Positions 7,294 to 16,810 of a DNA stretch of 32,787 nt are shown here, piece by piece. The position numbers and the translations under genes are program-made. The first letter of the stretch is position 1, and each line of letters begins with the position of its first letter. The notes beneath the pieces are model-generated. The model had not been told where the DNA came from. It did no database searches and was given only the letters and a program-made list of their open reading frames with translations. Source of the stretch: Holosporales bacterium (GTDB lineage Bacteria > Pseudomonadota > Alphaproteobacteria > RUG11792); contig JAISFY010000040.1 of the NCBI GenBank assembly GCA_031263345.1, positions 1-32,787 on the forward strand, read 5' to 3'.

Positions 7294-9049
7294 ACAACGC
7301 CTCCAAATACTGCACTTGATCGGCGATGGATCGTATGCCATCCTTCCAGAATTCTATCTGTAGAGGGTTAAGGTTAAATTCGGCTGCGGCAACATCGTAT
7401 CTGTCGATACCGCCACGGGACAACATTCGAATATACTTTTCGATAAACTGTTTGCCAAGAGCTTGCCATCTATTGAACAGTGCATTTACGAAAATTTCCC
7501 CGAAGGCATATGCATAGACATAAAATGGAGCATGAAAAAAATGTGAAATATATCCCCAGTAATAAGATATACAATCGTCGATGTGCACGCATTCACCGAG
7601 ACATTCTCTCTGAGTTTCGATGAATACCTTCGACAATACTCGTGTTGAAAAAACTTCTCCATTCCTCCCGATTTCATGCGCCATTCTCTCAAATTTGAAA
7701 AATGCAATTTGTCGAATGACAGTGTTTATAGTATTGTCTAGCCTAAAACAAAGAAGATCTATCTTTTCTAAGTCATTCGAAGAAGATGCGAAAATTTTCT
7801 CGAATAGAAGCTTTTCGGCGAATAGGGAAGCTACCTCTGATAGAGTTATCGGCGTAGCCGCAAGGATGGGACCGTTCGAGTTACTCAACGTCTGGTGAAT
7901 TCCATGACCAAGTTCGTGGATCATAGTAAATACATCCCTTATTCCGTCGAAATAGTTTAAAAGGATGTATGGATGTACATCTGAAGAACATCCGTGCGAA
8001 AAAGCTCCTGATGTTTTTCCCTCTCTTGGATAGACGTCGATCCATCCTTTCGAAATGAAATCATTCGCTATCTTTTCGAAAATTTCAGAAAAAGAACCGA
8101 GGGTTTCCAAAACGAGTCGAGTCGCCTCACGGTATTCAAATCTTCTTTCAAGAAATCCACTGCGATTAATTTGAACATTACGATCCCAGTACTCTAATTT
8201 CTTTTTTTTCAGAAGGCGCGCCTTTAATGCATAATATTTATGAGATATATTTTTATATTGCTCGATAACAGAATCAGTTAAAAAATCCACAACTTGTTGT
8301 TCAATATTATTTGCCAAATGCCTAAAAGATTCCGGTTTATCATACCTCCTCAATCTATCTTCCGTCGATCGATCCAGAAGGATACTGCCATATATATGAT
8401 TTATGTAAAAACCGTTCTCATCGAGCTTGGCGCTGATTATTCTCGATGCCTTCTCTCTTACTTCGGATTTTACAGAATAATTGGCTATTTCCAAAATCTC
8501 TGGAAGCTTCTTCGTCTCACCATCGAATAAGAACTCCATCCGAGCCAAAAATTCGTCGTATAAGCGTATCCATGAATCGTTGGAAGTCAATCGCTTCTGA
8601 AGAAGGGCCTCCTCCGTCTCGTCGAGTAGCATGTGATCTTTGTACTTAAAACAGTCAAGTAGCCACGACTCATACTCTTTAAGTAAATGGTTGCTCTCAC
8701 ACTCATTCCTGATGGCCGCCTCATCAAGCTCAGGTATCGCATTCTTGAAGAACACCACCTGAGACTCGATTTTAGCAATCGATTCGACGATGCGTCTGTA
8801 AAATGATAGCGAGTTGTCATCATTTAAATTAATCTGAAGGTGCAAAAAGGCATACGATTCTAGACGTAGAACGAGCCCGATAATTTTTTCATATGCCAGT
8901 ATAGCACCGTACAGATTTTCTGTGGAAATGCATCCCTTATAAGAATCTCTAAACTTTACAGTGAGAGCTTCAGCCGTATCCAGATCTGCAACTAAACGCT
9001 GATCATCTGGCGCTCCATATATATCCTCTAAACCCCAGATCGTACGCAT
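7271..9049 (-). CDS. pepF: Oligoendopeptidase F (M3B metallopeptidase)
   Basis: The 592-aa ORF has the HELGHGIH zinc-binding motif in the expected position and M3B-like length and layout. The start is an ATG. Confidence 0.85.
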   Translation of the reverse strand: MRTIWGLEDIYGAPDDQRLVADLDTAEALTVKFRDSYKGCISTENLYGAILAYEKIIGLVLRLESYAFLHLQINLNDDNSLSFYRRIVESIAKIESQVVFFKNAIPELDEAAIRNECESNHLLKEYESWLLDCFKYKDHMLLDETEEALLQKRLTSNDSWIRLYDEFLARMEFLFDGETKKLPEILEIANYSVKSEVREKASRIISAKLDENGFYINHIYGSILLDRSTEDRLRRYDKPESFRHLANNIEQQVVDFLTDSVIEQYKNISHKYYALKARLLKKKKLEYWDRNVQINRSGFLERRFEYREATRLVLETLGSFSEIFEKIANDFISKGWIDVYPREGKTSGAFSHGCSSDVHPYILLNYFDGIRDVFTMIHELGHGIHQTLSNSNGPILAATPITLSEVASLFAEKLLFEKIFASSSNDLEKIDLLCFRLDNTINTVIRQIAFFKFERMAHEIGRNGEVFSTRVLSKVFIETQRECLGECVHIDDCISYYWGYISHFFHAPFYVYAYAFGEIFVNALFNRWQALGKQFIEKYIRMLSRGGIDRYDVAAAEFNLNPLQIEFWKDGIRSIADQVQYLEALCGYSVPD

Positions 9050-9066
9050 CTCTGCTTTATTTTTGT

Positions 9067-9324
9067 TTACGAAAGCGGCTCGACACCGACGTAAGTTCTA
9101 TCGTCCTTGCCATGCTTGAAGAAAACGGTCCCATCGATTAAAGAATAGATCGTGTGGTCTCGTCCAAGACCGACATTATTACAGACTCTATATTTCGTCC
9201 CCCTCTGTCGCACGATAATCGATCCGGCCAAAACAAACTCGCCCCCGAATCTTTTGACTCCAAGCCGTCGCCCAATCGAATCCCTTCCATTTCTAGAACT
9301 CCCTCCCCCCTTTTTTGTTGCCAT
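9067..9324 (-). CDS. rpmA: 50S ribosomal protein L27
   Basis: [44 protein letters not shown] is the canonical L27 N-terminus. It lies 4 nt downstream of rplU. Confidence 0.97.
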   Translation of the reverse strand: MATKKGGGSSRNGRDSIGRRLGVKRFGGEFVLAGSIIVRQRGTKYRVCNNVGLGRDHTIYSLIDGTVFFKHGKDDRTYVGVEPLS

Positions 9325-9328
9325 TTGC

Positions 9329-9652
9329 TCATGCTCCTTTGGATAAAGAAATATCGATAACCTTCAGGACAGTCATCGGCTGCCGATGTCCATTTTTCCT
9401 TCTCGAATTGTGGCGTCTACGCTTTTTGAAAACGATAATTTTATCATTCTTGACGTGCTTGATGACCTCAACACTAATGGAGGCTCCAGCGATGAAAGGA
9501 GATCCAATCGTAATGACATCCTTATCAGAAATCATGAGGATGTCGGTCATAGAGAGAACATGGGATAGATCCCGATCAATCTTTTCGACCTTAATACAAT
9601 CCCCGGGCTTCACGCGATACTGCTTTCCACCACTCTTGACTACAGCAAACAT
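9329..9652 (-). CDS. rplU: 50S ribosomal protein L21
   Basis: [18 protein letters not shown] is the canonical L21 start. The rplU-rpmA pair is conserved. Confidence 0.97.
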   Translation of the reverse strand: MFAVVKSGGKQYRVKPGDCIKVEKIDRDLSHVLSMTDILMISDKDVITIGSPFIAGASISVEVIKHVKNDKIIVFKKRRRHNSRRKNGHRQPMTVLKVIDISLSKGA

Positions 9653-9701
9653 AATTCAACAAAAAAAAAGAAAAAAACGCCGATAGCGCTCATGCACGGG
9701 C

Positions 9702-9731
9702 AGGATATCACGCTCCATTAACGTGTGTCAA
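9702..9731 (-). promoter_or_regulatory. Candidate sigma70-type promoter for rplU-rpmA
   Basis: On the minus strand there is a perfect TTGACA (9731..9726), an 18-nt spacer, then TATCCT (9707..9702). This would give a 5' UTR of roughly 45 nt ending in a U7-C-U10 tract (plus A9-G-A7 at 9661..9677) just upstream of the ATG. Confidence 0.35.
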
Positions 9732-10030
9732 TGTTCCGTTCTTTTCAAACCCGGATAAATCGGAAAGTGCAGTACAGGTGATCCATAGAGGTACCAAGAC
9801 TAATATTAAACTACGACAATAGACTTCCTCCCAACCCCTCCACAATCAGGTTCCTGCTGCGTCGATCCGGTGCTCGAATGCTTGTATACCTCCTTGTACA
9901 CTGTGCTTCTCCGCTCCGTGTCTCCTAGCAATAACTCTGATTCTGGTAGTTTGGAAAGAAATTTAATGAACACCACCATCAACTTCTAAAACTGGAATAC
10001 TAACACCAATTCGCTATTAAGAAATCTAAA

Positions 10031-10408
10031 TCAACCATCAGCAGGTAATTCGAGTCTCTTCCTCTCCGCTATCCTCGTCCTCTTACCCGTTCGATCCCTC
10101 AGGTAATACAACTTCGCCCGCCGGACTCTCCCGTGCTTAGTGACTTCAATCTGTATGTTCGGAGAATATAAATGAAATAGCCTCTCAACTCCCTCGCCAT
10201 TAGAAATCTTTCGAACCTTAAACGACGAACTGATACTACGGTTCTTCTTAGCAATAACGACGCCCTCAAATGATTGCATCCTCTCCCTCGTTCCCTCAAC
10301 AACCTTAATCAAAACCTTCACCGAATCACCAGCTCGGAAACCAGGAACCCGCCTCTCAGCCGTTAACTTTGAGATTTGCTCCGCATTTATCTGTTCTATC
10401 AAATTCAT
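10031..10408 (-). CDS. rplS: 50S ribosomal protein L19
   Basis: [11 protein letters not shown]...[13 protein letters not shown] is typical of L19. The track start at 10426 is a TTG that adds 6 residues, so I prefer the ATG at 10408. Confidence 0.95.
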   Translation of the reverse strand: MNLIEQINAEQISKLTAERRVPGFRAGDSVKVLIKVVEGTRERMQSFEGVVIAKKNRSISSSFKVRKISNGEGVERLFHLYSPNIQIEVTKHGRVRRAKLYYLRDRTGKRTRIAERKRLELPADG

Positions 10409-10437
10409 CGTCCCACAACGCCACAAACCGAAATGGA

Positions 10438-11160
10438 CTAACTTCCATTCCGTTTATAACGCTCCCACAAATCCTGGCGCAACTTCTTCGTCAATTCTTC
10501 CGACCGCGCCAACTTCCACCGTTCGATTTCTCCGTGATTCCCGGATAATAAGACGGACGGAACACTCTCGCCATTCCATTCACGGGGTTTAGTATATTGC
10601 GGGTACTCCAGAAGATCAACAGAAAAACTCTCGGTTTGGGTCGAGGATTCATTATGCATTATCCCAGGAATTTGCCTCAAGCAAGCATCGATGATACACA
10701 TCGCCGGTAACTCACCCCCAAACAGGACGAAATCCCCGACGCTAACCTCATTCATATCATGGTTTTTTCCCCAGAAATCGATGACACGCTGATCGATACC
10801 CTCGTATCGACCGCAAAGAATGATGAGCTCATCCGCCTCCTCCTCTATAAATTCACGCACCATGGCCTGTGAAAAAGGTATTCCCCTGGGCGACATAAAT
10901 AAAATCTTTTGCCTACGCCCGGAAGGGTGTAACATTAGCGCATGCAATAATGCATCGTGAACTACATCCGGTTTCATAATCATACCGGCTCCTCCTCCGC
11001 ACGGCGAATCATCCACCTTCCTGTGCTTATCAACTGCGAAATCACGGATATCGACAATATGCAGTTCCCATAACTTCCCCAGTCCTTTGCCACTGAGTCC
11101 ATATGCTAGTGGCCCAGGAAACATTTCAGGGAAAATCGTGACGACCGTTACCGAGAACAC
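10438..11160 (-). CDS. trmD: tRNA (guanine37-N1)-methyltransferase
   Basis: The N-terminus (M)[17 protein letters not shown] is TrmD-like, and trmD-rplS adjacency is conserved. The start is GTG at 11160, overlapping the eno stop by 13 nt. Confidence 0.93.
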   Translation of the reverse strand: MFSVTVVTIFPEMFPGPLAYGLSGKGLGKLWELHIVDIRDFAVDKHRKVDDSPCGGGAGMIMKPDVVHDALLHALMLHPSGRRQKILFMSPRGIPFSQAMVREFIEEEADELIILCGRYEGIDQRVIDFWGKNHDMNEVSVGDFVLFGGELPAMCIIDACLRQIPGIMHNESSTQTESFSVDLLEYPQYTKPREWNGESVPSVLLSGNHGEIERWKLARSEELTKKLRQDLWERYKRNGS

Positions 11161-12419
11161 TTCTCTCCGACCGCATTTTTTGATGATTTCCTGAGATTCT
11201 CTTCAATCCTGATCAATTGATTATATTTTTCAACTCTCTCGCCTCTGGCTGGAGCTCCGGTTTTGATGTATTCGGCCGAAACAGCGACGGCCAAATCGGA
11301 GATCGTCGAATCACACGTCTCGCCAGATCTGTGAGAAATTATAACTCGTAATCCATTGCGTTGCGCTAGAGATACCGTCTCAATGGTTTCAGTTAGAGTT
11401 CCAATTTGGTTCGGCTTAATGAGGATAGCATTCGCGGCTACTTTGTCGATTCCTTTTATCAATCTCCTTTTGTTCGTAACAAACAGATCATCTCCGACGA
11501 TCTGAATACTTTTCCCTAAACGTGTTGTCATTTCAGTAAACCCATCCCAATCTTCCTCAAATAATGGATCCTCAATCGAAATGATAGGATAATTTTTTAC
11601 GAGATTTTCATAATATTCTATCATCTCGCGATTATCTTTTGTCGTCCCTTCAAGATGATATCGTCCATCTTTAAAAAGTTCTGAGGCGGCAACATCCAAG
11701 GCGAGATTGACATCTACTCCCGGAGAGTATCCACAATTCTCGATGGCCTGCATAATCAAATCCAAAGCTTCCCGCGTGGATGTCAAGTTCGGAGCTACCC
11801 CTCCCTCGTCTCCTATATTCGAGTTTAGTCCATTAGCCTTCAATGTCCTTTTGAGATTATGATATATGCTAGTGCATATCTCTAAATACACCATGAACGA
11901 CTCTTCCTTAGCGGGAACTAACATAAACTCCTGTATATCAACTCTGTTATCGGCATGTGCACCTCCATTTAATATATTCATCATTGGGCGAGGTAATTTA
12001 TTCGATCCTATGATTCCCGATATGTATCTATAGAGCGGCATCTCGAAATAACCGGCAGCAGCTCGGCAAACCGCCAGACTTACAGAAAGAATCGCATTGG
12101 CTCCGAGGGCTGCCTTATTATCGGTTCCATCGAGCTCGATCAAAACGGAATCGATCTGCTCTTGATTGATTGACTCGAGCCCTACCAACATTGAGGCAAT
12201 ACATCCGTTTACGTTTTCGACGGCTCGTTTTACTCCCTTTCCGGAGAAACGGCTACCTCCATCTCTCAGCTCGACGGCCTCAAATGACCCAGTCGAAGCA
12301 CCAGACGGAATCGAAGCTATTCCTTTAACTCCACATTCCAAGATTACCTCAGTCTCAATCGTCGGAAATCCACGAGAATCAATAATTTCCCTGGCTCTAA
12401 TATCTTTAATTAAACTCAT
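11148..12419 (-). CDS. eno: Enolase (phosphopyruvate hydratase)
   Basis: [25 protein letters not shown] is the canonical enolase N-terminus. The second ATG (12419) is preferred over the track ATG at 12437. Confidence 0.96.
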   Translation of the reverse strand: MSLIKDIRAREIIDSRGFPTIETEVILECGVKGIASIPSGASTGSFEAVELRDGGSRFSGKGVKRAVENVNGCIASMLVGLESINQEQIDSVLIELDGTDNKAALGANAILSVSLAVCRAAAGYFEMPLYRYISGIIGSNKLPRPMMNILNGGAHADNRVDIQEFMLVPAKEESFMVYLEICTSIYHNLKRTLKANGLNSNIGDEGGVAPNLTSTREALDLIMQAIENCGYSPGVDVNLALDVAASELFKDGRYHLEGTTKDNREMIEYYENLVKNYPIISIEDPLFEEDWDGFTEMTTRLGKSIQIVGDDLFVTNKRRLIKGIDKVAANAILIKPNQIGTLTETIETVSLAQRNGLRVIISHRSGETCDSTISDLAVAVSAEYIKTGAPARGERVEKYNQLIRIEENLRKSSKNAVGEKCSR

Positions 12420-12516
12420 AGCTCGATTGCAGATCATGCTTTGTTAACAATACGAATCGGATTATAGCAGTCTAATTATCATAAAGGCTAGAAAGACATC
12501 TCAAAAAAAACACCAA

Positions 12517-13608
12517 CTATCTGATCTTCAAGGTGCCAAGGGCTAGTATACCTAAAACGATCGATATAATCCAGAATCGGAACACTACCATCGATTCGGA
12601 CCATCCTTTCTTTTCAAAGTGATGATGAATGGGGGCCATTAGGAATATCCTTCGCTGGGTCATTTTATAAAACCCAACTTGTAGAATCACAGATATCGTT
12701 TCCAGAACGAAGATGCCACCAACTATTGCATAGATCATCTCATGTTTTGATAAAACCGCTACAAATCCCAGAGCTGCGCCAATAGAAATCGATCCCGTAT
12801 CTCCCATAAAAATTTTTGCTGGTGGAGCGTTAAACCACATAAAACCCAGACTTGCCCCAACTAATGCGCTCAAAAAGACGCAAACTTCTGCCAAGCCTGG
12901 AACATAAGTAATGTATAGGTAATCTGCAAAGGGAACGTTACCACCCAAATAACTTATAACCGCTAAACATATTGATGACATTATAGTCGGGCCCATCGCG
13001 AGACCATCAAGACCGTCTGTTAGGTTGACGGCATTGGAACTTCCGATCGTGACGAACATGGCCCAAAGGATGAATAGACTCCCGAGTTCAATGCTACAAT
13101 GCTTAAAAATTGGGAAAAAAACGGAAGTAGCCCCCTCATAATTAGAAATTTGTACTGCAAAATACCAGCACACTAATGCCACAACAGATTGCAGAAATAG
13201 CTTTTTTTTCCCAGAAATTCCGTGATAGTCTTTTGTCCTTAATTTACAAGTATCATCAATCGCTCCAATCGCTCCGAATCCAATTAAAACGCCCAGGCAA
13301 AGCCATACCTTCGCGCTTTCTAGATCTCCCCACAATAGAGTTCCCAACAGAATCGAAGCCAGTATCATAGTCCCTCCCATCGTCGGGATTCCCTTTTTAG
13401 ATTCGAGATGAGACTTTGGGCCATCCTCGCGAATCGGTTGCCCATCCATCTGATTTTTTTTTAGAATATGTATGATCTTGTGCCCAAACAGAAGAAGAGC
13501 GATAAACGATGTGAAAAAAGCGCAAATTGACCTAAAAGTAATGTACTTAAAGATATGACAAAATGAAAAGTCTGAACCGTAAAATTTATAAATAAAATTA
13601 TAAAACAT
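12517..13608 (-). CDS. mraY: Phospho-N-acetylmuramoyl-pentapeptide transferase
   Basis: The 363-aa polytopic membrane protein has the MraY motifs NAVNLTDGLDGLA and APIHHHFE. No other dcw-cluster genes flank it. Confidence 0.95.
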   Translation of the reverse strand: MFYNFIYKFYGSDFSFCHIFKYITFRSICAFFTSFIALLLFGHKIIHILKKNQMDGQPIREDGPKSHLESKKGIPTMGGTMILASILLGTLLWGDLESAKVWLCLGVLIGFGAIGAIDDTCKLRTKDYHGISGKKKLFLQSVVALVCWYFAVQISNYEGATSVFFPIFKHCSIELGSLFILWAMFVTIGSSNAVNLTDGLDGLAMGPTIMSSICLAVISYLGGNVPFADYLYITYVPGLAEVCVFLSALVGASLGFMWFNAPPAKIFMGDTGSISIGAALGFVAVLSKHEMIYAIVGGIFVLETISVILQVGFYKMTQRRIFLMAPIHHHFEKKGWSESMVVFRFWIISIVLGILALGTLKIR

Positions 13609-13725
13609 TTGATTTGTTTAAAAAGATATTAAATAATTGAATGCTCATGTGAAATTCTATCAAAGATACTCCATGTTAACAAGTCGCGAAAAAGGAAGCT
13701 ATCAGCTGAGTCCCTGAGATCGCGG

Positions 13726-15327
13726 TCAGGAGATTCCTTCGATTGCCCATGCTATACTTGCCTCACGCCGATCCATTACTGAGTAACGAATCTCTATCGT
13801 CGGATAATTACCCTCTAAATTTCTAGCAATGAATACTTCGCAATCTTGCGATTGCTGAAAAATACTGAGAATATACTCTGAACTCTTGTGATTTATCAAT
13901 ATGCTCTGCGAGTGTATTTCTTTTGTAATCGTTTGGTGATCGAAGACAAACCTAGGAAATGCTTGAAAGGGATCAGATGCACGAATAAAGTCCCTACCTC
14001 TTACCCCTTCCGTGCTAAGGTTAATCGTGATTTCTCTTTGCATATCAAAATTAAAGTAACGGCTTTTTTGTTGAACCTCACCGACGAAATGTAGTTCCCC
14101 CCTTTCGTGTTTGATTTTAGAAAAATATTTTGCATTTTCTCTGATTTTAATACGAAACCCATTAAGCAATACTGTAATATCGGCTCTATTAATCATTCTA
14201 TTCAAACCAAAACTTGCTTCAAAATCAAAAATATTAAGACCTGGCTCTAATGGGGTACTAAATCGAGACCTTATGCAGCAAGGTTTGGTATTAACTATTA
14301 AAACGATCTTCTTCGTAGATAACCTCGTAAATCCCGAAATCGTAATCGGTCCACTATTTTTTGATTCGACGACGGAAAGGGCTGTATCGATCATTTGCCG
14401 AGTAGGAGCTAACCCAGAATTTAATAAAGGTCCATCTCCTACGTGCCCAGAAATTTCTCCGTCTCCAAGTCTCAAAAATCTAATACATGCCGCCATCCTA
14501 CCCAAGCAATCAATAAAAACTCTATTGGGTAGTTCGATTCCAGAGTTCTTAAAAATAAATCTTATTTCGATAAGACTCTTAAACATATTAAAGTGATCGT
14601 TCGGATTACGGTTTATTATCATTCCTGAAGAATCGAGCGAACTCTCAGTAATCCCGGTAATTTCTTTAATGATTCGCCTGATCTTAACGAATTGAGTATT
14701 TCTCATTGAGCAAAGGCATGCTACAATCGCCTTTAGTGCGATTAAGCGCGCTTGTGGATTCAACTCAGCCTTGTAGCATCTCCAAAGATGAGAAAATTGC
14801 TCCGCTATTGATGATAGGATGATTTTCTGGAACGAATCGTTAGAGCCGGATGCGAAAAAGGAGTAAGAAAACATCCAATTGATAAGACGCTCTCCGACAA
14901 TCGGAAGTGCCCAGCTACTTTGATGTAACCAAAAACCCTTCATCTTCCGGTAATTATTTATAAAGATCAGTATAAGATCGCGGGTGAGCCTCATACTTCC
15001 GTTGCCACCAACTGCCTGAAGATGCCGGATCCATTCAAAATTATAAGCATACTCATTGCCCATATTATTAATTAGGTTTTCCATCAGATCCAATGAAAAT
15101 CCAGGTTTATTGGAAATGCTATTAAGAATATCCTTCCCGATTGCTGAGTTCCCAGACCAAGGATCAGTCAGAAATTTATTTGGATTTAAAGTATTATCGC
15201 GTTTTTCAAGAGAAAATCTGTAGAAAATACTATTCTGCATAATGCCGATTTTATGAGAGTAGTATGCTTCTATGAACTTTTTTAACATGACATAAAACGA
15301 TAGCACTACACGAACGATAGTATACAC
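13726..15327 (-). CDS. Heparinase II/III-like family protein (function unknown)
   Basis: The 533-aa ORF resembles, by recall, the conserved alphaproteobacterial heparinase II/III-like proteins (N-terminal ...DPWSGNSAIGKDIL... block, all-alpha N-half and beta-rich C-half). The start is uncertain: GTG at 15327 or the first ATG at 15288. Confidence 0.6.
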   Translation of the reverse strand: MYTIVRVVLSFYVMLKKFIEAYYSHKIGIMQNSIFYRFSLEKRDNTLNPNKFLTDPWSGNSAIGKDILNSISNKPGFSLDLMENLINNMGNEYAYNFEWIRHLQAVGGNGSMRLTRDLILIFINNYRKMKGFWLHQSSWALPIVGERLINWMFSYSFFASGSNDSFQKIILSSIAEQFSHLWRCYKAELNPQARLIALKAIVACLCSMRNTQFVKIRRIIKEITGITESSLDSSGMIINRNPNDHFNMFKSLIEIRFIFKNSGIELPNRVFIDCLGRMAACIRFLRLGDGEISGHVGDGPLLNSGLAPTRQMIDTALSVVESKNSGPITISGFTRLSTKKIVLIVNTKPCCIRSRFSTPLEPGLNIFDFEASFGLNRMINRADITVLLNGFRIKIRENAKYFSKIKHERGELHFVGEVQQKSRYFNFDMQREITINLSTEGVRGRDFIRASDPFQAFPRFVFDHQTITKEIHSQSILINHKSSEYILSIFQQSQDCEVFIARNLEGNYPTIEIRYSVMDRREASIAWAIEGIS

Positions 15328-15392
15328 CCGCCTCGCTCATGAATACCTAGCCACTAATAGCGGGTTTAAAAAAAGTTTTGGGAAAAACCGGA

Positions 15393-16619
15393 CTACTTCT
15401 TCTCGGAGATGAAGGGGCTATAATCTCCTCGCGGATTCCAAAAAGTCCAGCCTTTAAGTCCGGCTTCGGTGACAGCTAAACTTTGATCAATGACCTGTTT
15501 TCGCGAATAAATCATATACACTTTCTCTGGAAGCCAGTTCGCCGTAAAAGCCTGTAACCACGGCCTGATGATTGCGCGCGCTTCCGGATCTCGTTTTATA
15601 GCCGCAATGGCTAGATTCATCGTAACCTTAACAATGTGATACGGATTATGATCAGGATATTTAATACCAAATGATTCTCTTGGCCAGTGCGACGGATAAA
15701 TCATCGGACATATGTAGTCCACTTTTCGTGCGATATGACCCCAGTCCTGCCCAATATTTGCAGCGCCAACAATCGTATCCTCTCCCAATGATCCTGGGAT
15801 AATACACCCAAACACATCAACAGAAATTTTTACTCCCAATGGATGCAGTATTTGGACAGCATAATCTAAGAATCTGTTAATAATTTCTGATTTAGAAATG
15901 GATTTAGATTGTGGGCCTAAATCTACGTTTGGATTTTTGTATGGCGAGAATCTGATATAATCGAACTGAATTTCGTCAAATCCAACTTTAGCGGCAGCCT
16001 TAGCAACCTGGATAATATAATCCCACACGTTTTTAGCAGGATTATTCATGTTGTATGGGTTCAACCATGAGGACTTTTCTTTATCTACTACAACCGAGCC
16101 ATCCTTATTTTTAATCGCAAAATCGGGGAATCTCAGGACTGCATAATGATCTCTAAACGTAACTATTCGAGCAATCGTGTAGATCCCATGGTTTCGTAGG
16201 GTCTCGATGACCTTCTTAATATTACGTACTCTGATGTTTTTCTTGTATATTGGTGGTAAATCCAAATCACAGGTTATATTGCCAAATTCATCCTTAACGT
16301 CTATCACGACCGCATTGATGCCGAGGCTCTGCGCGGATTTGACTAGCGCTAGAATGTTATTGGAGGTTCCAGCATAAATTCCTCGGATAGGTTTATCGCC
16401 AGTAATAGGGTTGGGTGAAACTAGCCCCTTCTGAGGGGCAGCAATATTATCTCGATCTCCAATGTAAACCTCTCGAACTGGTGTATTACTGGTAACTGAC
16501 TCTGGTAGAGTCTCCTTTTTTTGAAGATCTTTAATGCCATCGCATGATGTAAACAGTGCTAGCGATAGCATCAGAATGAAACGAATCACTCCTCCCTTAA
16601 GAGCAATAAAATTACACAT
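15393..16619 (-). CDS. Putative TIM-barrel glycoside-hydrolase-like lipoprotein (DUF4015/GHL-type)
   Basis: A signal peptide ends in the lipobox-like LFTSC. The GIYAGTS...GINAVVIDVKDEFGNI block and FDEIQFDYIRF are typical of the GHL/DUF4015 putative glycosidase family (recalled, not searched). The start is uncertain: TTG 16652 in the track, ATG 16619, GTG 16589 or ATG 16571. Confidence 0.6.
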   Translation of the reverse strand: MCNFIALKGGVIRFILMLSLALFTSCDGIKDLQKKETLPESVTSNTPVREVYIGDRDNIAAPQKGLVSPNPITGDKPIRGIYAGTSNNILALVKSAQSLGINAVVIDVKDEFGNITCDLDLPPIYKKNIRVRNIKKVIETLRNHGIYTIARIVTFRDHYAVLRFPDFAIKNKDGSVVVDKEKSSWLNPYNMNNPAKNVWDYIIQVAKAAAKVGFDEIQFDYIRFSPYKNPNVDLGPQSKSISKSEIINRFLDYAVQILHPLGVKISVDVFGCIIPGSLGEDTIVGAANIGQDWGHIARKVDYICPMIYPSHWPRESFGIKYPDHNPYHIVKVTMNLAIAAIKRDPEARAIIRPWLQAFTANWLPEKVYMIYSRKQVIDQSLAVTEAGLKGWTFWNPRGDYSPFISEKK

Positions 16620-16810
16620 CAGCAAATACGCGTGATAACAACATAATTTCAACGTCCGAAATCTTACAGTAAAGTCGGTATAAAAGTATAGGATTTTAAC
16701 GCTAGCTGAGGCAAAAAAAATGATAAACTTAGTGTCGTTATCCTTTCATTCGATGAGAATTGTGTGATATTGTCTCATCGTGTCTCAGAATGTTAAAATT
16801 AGATTACGAA

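Noticed and set aside
7294-7341. 71-nt overlap between pepF and the longest tamB ORF, as a possible frameshift or fusion signal
   Set aside because: It is explained more simply by an internal GTG start with a GGAGG SD at 6-nt spacing, which yields a normal TamB signal anchor.
9822-9832. Minus-strand GGGAGGAAGUC, resembling the RNase P RNA P4 element GAGGAAAGUCC
   Set aside because: It is one A short of the consensus. It sits about 200 nt into a 378-nt spacer, so there is no room for the rest of an RNase P RNA. The conserved 3' P4 partner (ACAGAACCCGGCUUA-like) is absent. I also compared the SRP RNA and tmRNA signatures by eye and they did not fit, because both halves of the region are purine-rich on the same strand and cannot form the required long helices.
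14111-14596. 161-aa plus-strand ORF inside the heparinase-like gene. Similar long antisense ORFs occur at 31429..31854 (141 aa), 9315..9686 (123 aa), 29450..29806 (118 aa), 21119..21463 (114 aa), 24308..24649 (113 aa), 20457..20777 and 24733..25041.
   Set aside because: All lie fully antisense or out of frame within genes that have strong family signatures. They lack recognisable motifs or SD sites and have low-complexity S/P/I/L-rich composition typical of shadow ORFs.
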